DNA from: Stegostoma tigrinum
Taxonomy: Eukaryota
Assembly (NCBI RefSeq): GCF_030684315.1
Contig: NC_081369.1
Location: 9,524,035 to 9,588,034, forward strand
DNA length: 64,000 bases
Direction: 5' to 3'
Of the stretch, positions 10,701 to 21,270 are shown one piece after another. The notes beneath the pieces are model-generated. The model searched no databases. It was not told the DNA's origin and was given only the letters and a program-made list of their open reading frames with translations. The stretch's first letter is position 1. The number at the start of each line of letters is the position of its first letter. The translations under genes and the position numbers were made by a program.

Positions 10701-13700
10701 TTCCTGTTGTTGCCTCATCTACATCGGGGAAACCACGCGGAGGCTTGGGGACCACTTTGCAGAACACCTATTCTCAGTTCGCACTAAACAACTGCACCTC
10801 CCAGTTGCGAATCTTTTCAACTTCCACTCCCGTTCCGCAGGTGACATGTCCATCCTGGGCCTCCTGCAGTGCCGCAACGATGCTACCTGAAGGTTGCAGG
10901 AACAGCGTCCTATATTTCACTTGGGAACCCTGCAGCCCAATGGTATCAATGTGGACTTCACAGGCTTCAAAATCTCCCTCCCCCACTGCATCCCCAAACC
11001 AGTCACTTTCTGGATTACCCCAATCCAGAAATTGAAGTGGACAGTTGAGAAAATGCTTGTGATATCATTCCTCTAAATTTAAGAAAGCATAATTAGTAAG
11101 TAAGAAAGCTCGAGAACAACAGTATTTTGATTCATGGGGAATTGACTTATCTCATATTCCTACCTTTCCGAAACAGTCCTTTGTGTTCCATAAATTGACA
11201 ATCTATTCCAGAGATTGATTCAGAATTTGCCATGTTGGATCAAGAATTCACTTCGATATTTAACAGAAATAATCTTTGGCAGTTCAGCTTTTTCATTGTC
11301 CTTGAATAGCGCTGTGCAGTTGAAAGTATCATCACATTTTAAGCAAAGAACTAAAGTGACAATATTTTTAATTTAATGATCACATGCAAATAATGTCTTC
11401 TTTATCCTGCAGACAGTATCAACAATTCACTGGTCATCTGGCCTTCAGTTCGTTATGTGATTTTCTCGGCGCTTGTTGTAATTCTGTTCGTGTTTGGGAC
11501 TACAAAGTACTTGAGGATATCAGAAGTAAGGTCTACTATCAAAGCTTGCTTTTCGCACAGGGCCTGGGTTCATTTGCCATTTCTGGAAAACAAGCAGGAT
11601 ACTTATTAGGGATAATTCGAATTGGTTTAAGACTGAAAAATGCAATCATTTTGTTCTTTTTTCCCCCGCAAACGTGGATTGCTCCAAAGCCACTTAAAAA
11701 CACAAGAAGGTTCTTGGAAACATGAGTGAACCATTCAGCCCCTTTGGGCCTGTTCTGCCATTCAAAGAGATCATGGTTGATGAATGGCTTAACTCTATAT
11801 CCTTGTCCCTAAACACTTTGCTTAACAAAAATAAATCGATCCCAGATTTAAAATTAAAATTAACTTCTATTTGTTGAAAAGTCTTGCAAACATGTGCATA
11901 GAAGAGCTTCCTCACATCTTTCTTGAATGATCTTGTTGCAAGTTTTAGAGTATGACCACCAGTTCTAGAATCCACAACCAGCAGAAGTAGTATATGTTAC
12001 TGACAAAGTGTGAAGAGGGTCTTCGGTCCGCCTCCTCCTCTCTCCCTATTTATTTCAGAACCCTCACCCCATCCCCCTCTCTGATGAAGGGTCTAGGCCC
12101 GAGACATCAGCTTTTGTGCTCCTGAGATGCTGCTTGGCCTGCTGTGCTCATCCAGCTTCACACTTTGTTATTTGGATTCTCCAGCATCTGCAGTTCCCAT
12201 TATCACTGATACTATATTACTGACACTCTCTTTTGCTGTTAATGTCGTAAAGCCTTCAATTAGATCATCTCTCAACCTTCTAAATTAGAGAGAAAATAGT
12301 CTTAGTTTGTATAATCCCTCCATGTAATTAAATCCCTAAAGTCCACAATTATCATTCTGGTAATTGTACATCATACTCCTTCCAAGGTCAATGCACCTTT
12401 CCTGTGGTATGCTGCTCAGAACCGTTCACAGCTCACCAAAATGTTTTCAAATGTAAACAATGCTCACGTGTGTTAATTTCCAAAGGCACATTTCAGTTTT
12501 CAACATGAGAAATGAAATTTATCACAATAAATATGAAGTAGGTAATTCGATGCTTCTGTCAAGTAATGATTGCTCCTTGAAAGAATGGAGGATTAATAGC
12601 AGATTCTGATGTTGCAACCGTCTGATCTCTGCGAGCAACATAATCAAATGTATTCTGCCTCAACGGAACATTCACATCCTTTCTCTAATACTTTGATTCA
12701 GAAAAATGCGCTCATTTTCTGCATGGAAACTGAGTCAATATTTTCATCACTCAATGCAATTATATTTCATTGGTTTGCAGGTAAAGAAGAATGCACAAGG
12801 CAATCAGACTGCCATGTCAATGTGGTAAGTTCATATCATCATCATGCTTGGAGTTTGAAATGTTTGGATCAATGGCAATAATGGAAGAAATATACATTAA
12901 TAATGACAGAACATTTTATATCTATTTATTGAAAGACTATTCATCTGGTATGTGTGTGTTTCAGAGCCAGGTTTGAAGCGCAATTTGTACAACTTGTATT
13001 ACTGATGAAGGTTGGCAAGTGGATCTTCTTTAAAAAAAAACCGTAATCATATCTTTGAGAATGTTGCAAGGTTGAGTCACGTTTTAGGGTTGAGAACAAA
13101 TTTACTGTCTAAACCCATTGCATCTAACACTTAACATTATGTTTCAGCATGAATATGAGGAAGTTTGAATTGTTGCATTGAACACTGAGATTAACATTGT
13201 CTTCATGCAGATATATCTATAATATGGATTCTGCAAGGGATGTCGAGTCTTGGTTAAATATGCTTAGTCCTTGATGTAGAAAATCTTCGAGACAATGAAA
13301 AGGACACTTATTGAAGTGTTGTTCTTGTCCTCACAGGAAGCCATGGCGGAGGTTTCCTGCAATAGACTTAGGCAAAAACAGGAGAACTCCTAGACATACG
13401 TTTGAAATAGAGAAAAACATGCCTATTGAGGTAGGGCGGAGTGGGAGAACACAAAATCAGGATAAAATTGTGATTCAAGATAATAAAATGTGAGGCTGGA
13501 TGAACACAGCAGGCCAAGCAGCATCTCAGGAGCACAAAAGCTAATAAAATGTGAGGCTGGATGAACACAGCAGGCCAAGCAGCATCTCAGGAGCACAAAA
13601 GCTACTTGGCCTGCTGTGTTCATCCAGCCTCACATTTTATTATCTTGGATTCTCCAGCATCTGCAGTTCCCATTATCTCTAAAATTGTGATTCAGCCTGA

Positions 13701-13866
13701 CAATGAAGGCATTTGCTTCTATGGACATTAGCCAAATGTCATTTTGAAGCCTATTTTTGTGTCCTTCTGATGAGTGCTTTGCAGAAAGTTTATAAAAAAG
13801 GCCAATTAATAACATTTCCAAATAATATCTTTACAGCTCTCCATGTTGCTATCGGCAGTAAGATGA
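7712..13866 (+). CDS. Non-rearranging IgSF receptor: leader-VJ-C1-TM(Arg)-cytoplasmic tail, ~325 aa. Exons 7712-7766, 7933-8253, 9382-9702, 11413-11525, 12781-12824, 13337-13430, 13837-13866
   Basis: All seven exons have polypyrimidine-AG acceptors and GT (one GC) donors. Phases 1,1,1,0,2,0 give one continuous 978-nt frame, and two AATAAA signals follow. Exons 1-4 are well supported; use of exons 5-7 is less certain. Confidence 0.85.
7933..8253 (+). CDS. Exon 2, V-set Ig domain with germline-joined J-like G strand
   Basis: VTQ.P, ITFYC, VIWWK, LSLLRVDIQDSGHYHC, then SGTPSQLFVR. Acceptor TGACAG, donor G|GTAAGT, and no RSS interrupting the exon. Confidence 0.95.
8864..8901 (-). ncRNA. Minimal type I hammerhead ribozyme motif in a Penelope-like terminus (repeat spans about 8790-8901)
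   Basis: Minus strand reads AGTT-CTGAGGA-A-GGGTC-ACCG-GACCC-GAAA-CG-TT-AACT. The CUGANGA/GAAA core is intact, stem II is a perfect 5 bp, stem III is the palindrome ACGT and stem I is 4 bp. Confidence 0.75.
9382..9702 (+). CDS. Exon 3, C1-set Ig domain
   Basis: LTLLCETAAFYPEDFTLAWYKNG ... NSEGLYEVSSSL ... YTCEISHISL carries the canonical C1 signatures (FYP, W, YxCxxxH). Phase 1-1, ending at AAG|GCGAGT. Confidence 0.95.
9930..11010 (+). mobile_element. Penelope-like element fragment (RT C-terminus and GIY-YIG endonuclease) in intron 3
   Basis: Frameshifted motifs CPSYAYLFVG..FLCYIDDCI, TDSHSYLEYTSSHPPSCKNAIP.SQFL and NVVY..C..C...YIGET. Confidence 0.9.
11413..11525 (+). CDS. Exon 4, stalk plus TM helix with Arg (DSINNSLVIWPSVRYVIFSALVVILFVFGTTKYLRISE)
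   Basis: Acceptor TCCTGCAG with phase-1 entry, a ~22-aa hydrophobic run with an Arg codon at 11451-11453, basic stop-transfer residues, and donor GAA|GTAAGG. Not in the supplied ORF track in this frame. Confidence 0.88.
11700..12430 (-). mobile_element. CR1 LINE 3' fragment interrupted by a Penelope terminal repeat (about 12006-12210)
   Basis: ORF 11694..11975 (SRTGGHTLKL..F..DVRK). The insert is flanked by a duplicated TTACTGACA and carries CTGATGAAGGGTCTAGGCCCGAGAC. Confidence 0.75.
13478..13679. mobile_element. Foldback Penelope-terminus insertion with 15-bp TSD and internal 61-bp tandem duplication
   Basis: TAAAATTGTGATTCA occurs at 13463-13477 and 13680-13694. An exact 61-bp unit at 13482 and 13543 is followed by an inverted copy. 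Confidence 0.85.
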
Positions 13867-14083
13867 CATACAGTCCTCTAAAGTTCTCTGTTTCTGCGAA
13901 GAAGGCACAGAGATTGCTTGAGCTGCAGACTGAAAAACAAAACAAAGTAACAGAAGATATCCATGCACAAGCAAGAAATAACAAGGCTTAAATATTTCAA
14001 GGCAAAAGATTATTCTTGGACTTGGACTGATCACAATCGTTGGCACTTAGAGCTTCAGGCCTGCACAGTCTCACCTCTGTGCG

Positions 14084-14105
14084 AATAAAGCATTACCGCA
14101 ATAAA
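14084..14105 (+). terminator. Tandem polyadenylation signals of the receptor gene
   Basis: AATAAA at 14084-14089 and 14100-14105, downstream of the last exon's stops. Confidence 0.6.
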
Positions 14106-14229
14106 GCAGATAGACATAGCGAGTACCTATCCTTTTAATGGCCAATTAATCCCTATTATTGGTTTTTAAGAACACCAACAACCTGCTTTGAAAGTATGTT
14201 TGAAAGACACTTTGCTTGAAGCAGAGTAA

Positions 14230-14545
14230 ATGAGAATTGCAGGAGAATCCAAGATAACAAAGCATGAAGCTGGATGAACACAGCAGGCCCAGCAGCATCT
14301 CAGGAGCACAAAAGCTGGCATTTTGGGCCTAGACCCTTCATCAGAGAGGGGGATGGGGAGAGAGTTAGGGTTAGAGTTAAACCCTAACCCTATCGCCTGT
14401 CCCCGTCCCCCTCTCTGAAGAAGGGTCTAGGCCTGAAACGTCAGCTTTTGTGCTCCTAAGATGCTGCTGGGCCTGCTGTGTTCATCCAGCTTCACACTTT
14501 GTTATCTTGGATTCTCCAGCATCTGCAGTTCTCATTATCTCTGAT
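14230..14545. mobile_element. Inverted pair of Penelope terminal repeats with telomere-like spacer
   Basis: Two ~130-bp arms in opposite orientation, each with a hammerhead-type core. The centre is TTAGGGTTAGAGTTAAACCCTAACCCTA. Confidence 0.8.
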
Positions 14546-17500
14546 CACAATTTTAACCGCACTGTGAAGCCTCTTCCAGGGATGCCTAACCTGAAGAAGT
14601 TACCTTCCTCTCTCTGGACCAACCTTAGGGAATCTCTCTCCAACTGCAACTCTCTTGTCCACCTATCTTCTCCTCTATCCATCTTCAGAAGTTGCTTGAA
14701 GCAATTGGCTGCCTCTCAGAGCTTCTTGCTTGCTCTTATTGCATTTGTCTAATCAGAATCTAGTTGCTTGCTGTCTGCATCCATGCCTTGCCTTGATTTG
14801 TACTGTGTTTGCAGAGCCACACAGCTACCTTGCAAGTGAATGCTTCATAGTCAATGAGGTACGCAACCTGTAATACGCAATGTGTGACATGAGTGTCGCA
14901 GCTGCGACTTGTGTCAGCAGTTTATGCACCAAACACACATCATGTGTAGCCAACAGGCAGCCATGTCTCAAAGTCAAAGGGAAAGAGACGGGTGCGACAT
15001 CCTTGGAGGTACCTATCAATTACAGTGACCCAGGAGAGTAATGAACAGCTGTCTCCCATCCCAGTCCAACCATCTGCGGAAGGTCAGGCGTTTGGCCAGG
15101 GTGGTGTTGGTCAGGGTCTGCAATCCGGGGACTGGGTTATGGTCAGTCCAGTGCCTCCATAGCACTTAGGACAGTGGGAAGTGCAAAAGACAGAAGGGAA
15201 GGCAGTGATATGAGAGGAGGACTTAATCCCCAGTCAGGATCACACTGGCATTTAGGGGTGAGAGGTGGGGAGTGAGAGACGGGTCTATGACCACTCCTGG
15301 CAAGGTCACCTCATATGGCAATGGTGTGGTGATGATCGTAATTGGCACAAGCAGACTCGAGAAGATGGGCTGCTTGTGGACCTCTGCAGGTGTAAAGCCT
15401 ATGGGGTTCATGAGATGGGCAAGCAGTGAGAGAATGCAGACGTTCAGAGGCTCACAAACGTTCAAATGGAATCTAGAAGCCATTGGCCTAGATTGATCAT
15501 TGACAGCTTCCATCCTAGTGGAATTTTAATGTGTGCAATGTGAAGCCAAATGGCAGAAAATTATACTTGGATGAAGTTCGTAAGTTTATTGAACTGTGAA
15601 GGAAGGGGCTGCAGGACTCACCAGTTTGAGACTTTTTAATTGGAAACTATATTACTTGCAGACCAATGAATGTTACAAGGCAGAGATTTGCAAACTCCTT
15701 GATCCTGGGCAATAGGCATGCACTGATCATACGTGTGAACTGTATGTCACTGTCTTGGATATGAATGATTAGCTTATTTATGCCAGCACCTTTGCACTCA
15801 GGTGCGAGGGTGTTAATATCGTAACATTTCACCTCGGGAGGCGACGGTATCAGCAGAACCCTGTGCTTAATTCTCAACTCTTCATTTTGTCTCAATAGTT
15901 TCCCTTTGTCTTTCTGCCCCTCCGACAGCTTGTCTGTGCTGTCCTTGGTAACATAATTGGGTGGAGCGTACCTGCTTGGCAATGGATTCCATTGACAATG
16001 ACGATTTGGGTCAGGCAATCCTGAGAGCATTTATATCTGATATGAATACCATTTCCATTGTATTGTTTGTACCTTGAGTAACTCAGTAGCACTGTAACAA
16101 TCATATAAATTAGAAAAATTGTTCATGGCATTTCAGTTACACATCTAAAAGGCACATATCGTTGAAACGTCAACATTGATGTTAGTCATTTTTGAATCTT
16201 ACGTCCCTGCTCATAGTTTTAATGAATAGTGAACTTCAATTTCGTGAAGCATTTGCATGTCCCAAAAGGCTTGAAACCATCTGATGGTATTTAACACATC
16301 CACTCACTTGCCACTTCGTGATGTGTTGCAACAATTTCGTCATAGCAAATTTTTATTCGCAACAATTAGATCATTCTGTCTCTGATATTCTTCACTGAAT
16401 TACCATATCTATGTAGGTTTGTAAGTTTCTTCTGTAGGTCTTTATGTGACCGAGTACGCTGCCTCATTCATGATTGGCAGAGTCTATGTGAACTCTCGAA
16501 TAACGATAACATAATTAGCAAAAACATCTGGAAAATAAATAATTGTCAAAGCTCAGTGGCAATAAAAATACAGTTGGTTGAATGCTGTCATAAGATAATT
16601 GATGTTTCCTTACATATATTCATAACATTTTCCAACTTCTTATTTGACTCTCTGAGATCCATTCAAGCTCATTCTCATACAACTAAGATCACTAATTTTG
16701 GCCTTTATCGTACTGAATATCTTCTCCAGCGTCAAGTTTCCTCTGTTGCTGAACCATCATCTGTGATTTAATTCACCTGTGCTCAACGATTCCAGTACAC
16801 ACATAGCTGAACTCCCATATTTTATCTTCTGTAAACTGCAGCTAAACCTTTGTTTTTAATGTTTTAACAAATATGGGAGGTATGCTGCTAGATATTTTGG
16901 CTCCCAGTCAAGTGTAATATTAATTTTACAATTCCTATCATCGTTAAAAACTGCCATTTAATTGCCTCTCCTCATCTCTCTAATTGCTCTACCACTGGCA
17001 GCTATCCAAAAATAGTCTCAGCATCTAAGTTATGGAAACATCCTTACATCTCTCCACTCTTATCATTGCGTTAATCCGTAAATGCTTTTTAAAAGGTACC
17101 CATTTCAACGAGTGTTTGGCAGTGTAACCTTACACACCCTGATTTGTTCAATCAATGCTTCGTTTTGTGTTCATTTGATCTGTTTTGGGAGGCTTAAACA
17201 TAGGTTTGTCTTCAGATATGCTTTCTTTCCACAGCTCTGAAAGGTCAACCGTGTGAAACCTGAATGGCTCACAAAATAAACAACCTCTTCAAAGAGAGGC
17301 ACGTGTGCTTACCGCTAAACTACTGCTGACCATGTATTCTCCTTATGGGTAACAGAAGCCCATTCTTAAGGTAATTTGGTCAACCAATTGAATTTGCGAC
17401 AGCACAAGTTCGCTGTAAAGTGTGGACATTTAATTTACTGACACCATTATTTTTCGATTATGAAAATTTATTCTTATTTTGTCAATATAACCTCTGGAGT

Positions 17501-18809
17501 TAAAGAGTCAACCATTATTAAAGTTATGAACTTTAGTGTATATCCGCACTGTAAACAGTGAAAATACAGCAAAGAAAAAACACTTGTACTCCCAACCATT
17601 ACTTCTGACTAATCTACCTCAACTGTTCGAATAATCAATTTAGACACTGGTTTATTGCTTCAACAAAAGACTTCCCGATCTATTAACAACATAATAACCA
17701 CAATTGAGCGAAACCGAGCAACAAAATAATCCAATCTGTCTGTTTTACTAATTCAAAACCCTTTGTTTTTCGCACCATTCATACAAAGGGCAAACAGACA
17801 AACAAGCACAGCTAAGGGACAAATACAATCTACAAGCAAAACTAGCGAGATTACTTCAGTGATTTCCGTGATGTGTTGTTCCCTGAGCATAGGTGATGTT
17901 TTCTTATTTATTTTCTGAACGCGCTGATCAAGGTCAGCTTTCAGTTTAATCAGATAAAGGCAGTAAAACTTTATACCTGAGTTCAGAGGAAGAGTCACTC
18001 GCTCCCGAATATTAAGTCTGATTTCTCTCCACAGTTGCTGCCACACCTGCCAAGCTTTTCGCCAATTTCTCCTATTGTCTCATAATTTAAACTTAGTTTT
18101 CTATCCTGCAAGCGTTCACGGACTGCTCATTTGAGGTGAGGCAGCGAAGTTTTTTTAAAAAATGTCTTCATTCTGAAACATCAACGGTAAGATTCCTTTT
18201 CGCAGAAAAATGAACAGAAGCCCAGAATCCAATTGAAACTCTGTCCATTCCTTGACTGGCTGACAGGCTTTTGCACGAGGCCCCAGACTCCATTCAATAT
18301 CTAACATGTTTTGAAAACAGGGTCTTTACCAGGCCTATTGGAACCAGCAGTGATCGAGTTGATAGTCACCTTCGGCGGACTGTTTAAGCATAATGCTCCT
18401 CCCCGCTCATAAAAAAACTGCAACTCTAAAGTAAAAACAACACAAATGGTCAGCTGATCCCAAGTCTTTCTAATCTGTCGAGTGAAAGACTGTTTATCAG
18501 TTAATGAATTAGGTAAAGTAATGCAAGCTATCTTTAATTTTGGCTATTTATTGAGAAGTCTCACAGACAATCATATACTGAAGGAATTATTGTAACTTTG
18601 TTGCATACAGCAACCGAAATAACACTCCTCAAATAAGCCATTTATACCTCACAGTGTAGTTCTCCAGACATTTGCTACTGAAGAATTCTAGAGTTAAAAT
18701 TTTACAGCGTTCTATTTTTCAAAGTGAATGATTGATCTCAGGTATGATTCCAATCAATGGCGTCTGGCCCTTGGTGGGTCCAGTTTCGATTCTGATATAC
18801 AGTAGTTAC

Positions 18810-19847
18810 TCAATAGACAATAGGTGCTGGAGTAGGTCATTCGACCCTTCGAGCCAGCACCACCATTCATTATGATCATGGCTGATCATCCACTATCAGT
18901 ATCCTGTTCCTGCCTTATCCCCATAACCCTTGATTCCACTATCTTTAAGAGCTCTATCCATCACTTTCTTGAAAGTATCCAGAGACTTGGCCTCCACTGC
19001 CTTCTGGGGCAGAGCACTCCACATATCCACCACTCTCTGGGTGAAGAAGTTTTTCCTCAACTCTTGTTCTAAATAGCTTACCCCTTATTCTTAAACTGTG
19101 TCCTCTGGTTCTGGACTCACCCAGCAGCGGAAATATACTTCCTGCCTCCAGAGTGTCCAATCCCTTAATAATCTTATATGTCTCACTCAGATCCCCTCCC
19201 ATCCTTCTAAACTCAAGGGTATACAAGCCCAGTCGCTCCGATCTTTCAACATATGACCGCCCTCCCATTCCGGGAATTGACCTCGTGAACCTATGCTGCA
19301 CTCCCTCAATAGCAAGAAAGTCCTTCCTCAAATTTGGAGACCAAAACTGCACACGATACTCCAGGTGCGGTCTCACCAGGGCCCTGTACAGCTGCAGAAG
19401 GACCTCTTTGCTCCTATACTCAATTCCTCTTGTTATGAAGGCCAGCATGCTATTAGCTTTCTTCACTGCCTGCTGTACCTGCATGTTTGCTTTCATTGAA
19501 TGATGTACAAGAAAACCCAGATCTCGTTGTACTTCCCCTTTATCTAATTTGACCCCATTTAGATAGTAATCTGCCTTCCTGTTGTTGCCACCAAAGCGGA
19601 TAACCACACATTTATCCACATTAAACTGCATCTGCCATGCATCCGTCCACTCACCTAGCCTGTCCAAGTCACCCTGTATTCTCATAACATCCTCTTTACA
19701 TTTCACACTGCCACCCAGCTTTGTGTTATCAGAAAATTTGCTAATGTTACTTTTAATGCCTTCGTCTCTATCATTAATGTATATTGTAAACAGCTGCGGT
19801 TCCAGCGCCGAACCTTGTGGTACCCCACTGGTTACCGCCTGCCATTG
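18810..19847 (-). mobile_element. CR1 LINE, 5'-truncated, relatively young
   Basis: ORF 18954..19928 contains SGVPQGS.L.PQLFTIYIND, KFSDNTKLG and LVRPHLEY.VQFWSP; the 3'UTR ends at about 18810. Confidence 0.95.
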
Positions 19848-21109
19848 CGTTCTCCAGAGTTTTGTTACTGAAGAATTCGGGAGTTGAAATCTTAGAGAAT
19901 TCTGCTTTTCAAAGTTATGGTGTGACATTATTGATGATCATTTAGACTCTTTCATTGACAATATTGACTACTGCTGTGGAGCCATCAAGCCTGCAGCTTG
20001 CCTCCTTCGCCGAAGTAGCTTCCCTGTTCCCCGTGACATTTGCCACGGATTGCCTGCTTGAAACACAACTTCCTGCAATCAGCTGCTTAAATTCTTCCAC
20101 GAGAAAATAATTTCTCCTGGTGGTGTAATACCACCAGTTGTGAAGCCGGTATTAAAGTGATATTGTTATGTAAATTCGACTTCTCTTTTTCCAATGCATA
20201 GCTAATTGCTTTCAATTCCCGATTTGTCCTTGTCCCTTAACGATTATATTCCGGGTTATTGTCAGTTCTTTCAACCTATGAACACTAATGAACGTTCTGA
20301 AGTTTACATTATTACAATGACCTTTCACTGAAGATGGAAAACTTAGAAACGTTTTCGACTTTAAATACCGAAAGTGTAAAGTGTGGGGAAAAAGCCAAAA
20401 CGTTAGGTCTGTGATAATTTGAGAGGCAGCAGAGATTAAACAGTAAAAAGAGAGTTGGCCTTGCAAGGCCAGTCGGTCACATTAAAGTGGTATAGTTGGA
20501 AGTATAAGAACATGAGCAACTGCAGTCTTATCAGGAAAACCTGAGTGGAATATCGGGAAAATGGGTCAGTTGAAAAGATTGTGTAGAAGGGCTGTTAATG
20601 GGAGACCAATGAATATTTACTTTACAAACCAAAAGAAAGGTGTGGACGACCACAACAGCAACAACAAGCTTGCCATGTGAAAGGAAATGAATTGGGAGTG
20701 CGATTTGGAGATTATCTTTTGCTCCGTGTTTCCCATTTTTATGAGGGAACATTGCCAAGCTGCTGTGCAGCTCTGTAAGGTGGCGGCAAAAGACATCAAG
20801 GCGTCATTTACTTTTGCTTTCCACTGAGTGACAGTAATGGCCACTGTGATACCTTTAAATTGGCCCGTGTTTTAATCTCTGACCTCTCCCCTCTGTTGTG
20901 TCACTTACTTGCCGCTAAACCTGTCCTCCAATCAGTCAGGGCCAACTTCAGGGGACATTGTGCCTAAAGATGCCTTCCTTCTCAGCATGCCGTATGGACC
21001 CAGAAAGTGTTCCGATGCAAATGCAAGTGAAAATCCTCAATGTATAATATCTGTTCAACATTTGTCATTTTCTTATTTCCTATGATAACATTTTAAACTG
21101 TGTGATAGC

Positions 21110-21270
21110 ACTGCGTTATTAAATAACTTCACAGATGCCGGTACCACGTCAGCAAGTCACCCTTATTCAAAAGTGCATAATACTTGACACAGACCCGGCT
21201 CCCTGACAGCCAGCTCTCAGAGTCCACATAATATCCGACACTCCATTCTGCTCTGCTAGCTCAGAGCCAG
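21110..21270 (-). mobile_element. Partial solo LTR (Gypsy)
   Basis: Resembles the LTR at 58310-58440 (AAATAAC..CACAGA...TCACCCTT(T)ATT...TTGACAC...CAGAGT). Confidence 0.55.

Noticed and set aside
13482-13603. 61-bp direct repeats as a CRISPR-like array
   Set aside because: There are no spacers, the context is eukaryotic, and the sequence is a Penelope terminal repeat.
7712-13866. Calling the gene a TCR, IgL, IgNAR, NCR3, NCR3LG1 or SIRP
   Set aside because: It has no RSS or separate J, has a TM and multi-exon tail unlike IgL, has a C1 domain unlike NKp30, and orthology cannot be fixed without a search. No symbol was assigned.
15647-16030. 127-aa minus-strand ORF with Tyr residues
   Set aside because: It lies beyond the inferred poly(A) signal of the minus-strand pseudogene and shows no recognisable homology.
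18954-19928. Longest ORF (324 aa) as a host gene
   Set aside because: It is a 5'-truncated CR1 reverse-transcriptase fragment with a degenerate catalytic motif (FSDN). The same applies to the other long ORFs at 51.9, 53.3 and 62.9 kb.
20810-20848. Perfect CACAGTG heptamer with 23-nt spacer and AGCAAAAGT on the minus strand, suggesting a rearranging V segment upstream of the J-like YFGEGGKL
   Set aside because: The heptamer falls exactly on the D-S-G codons of the V F-strand (GAC>CAC), upstream of the Tyr-Cys, so it cannot be a V-end RSS. The nonamer is only 5/9.
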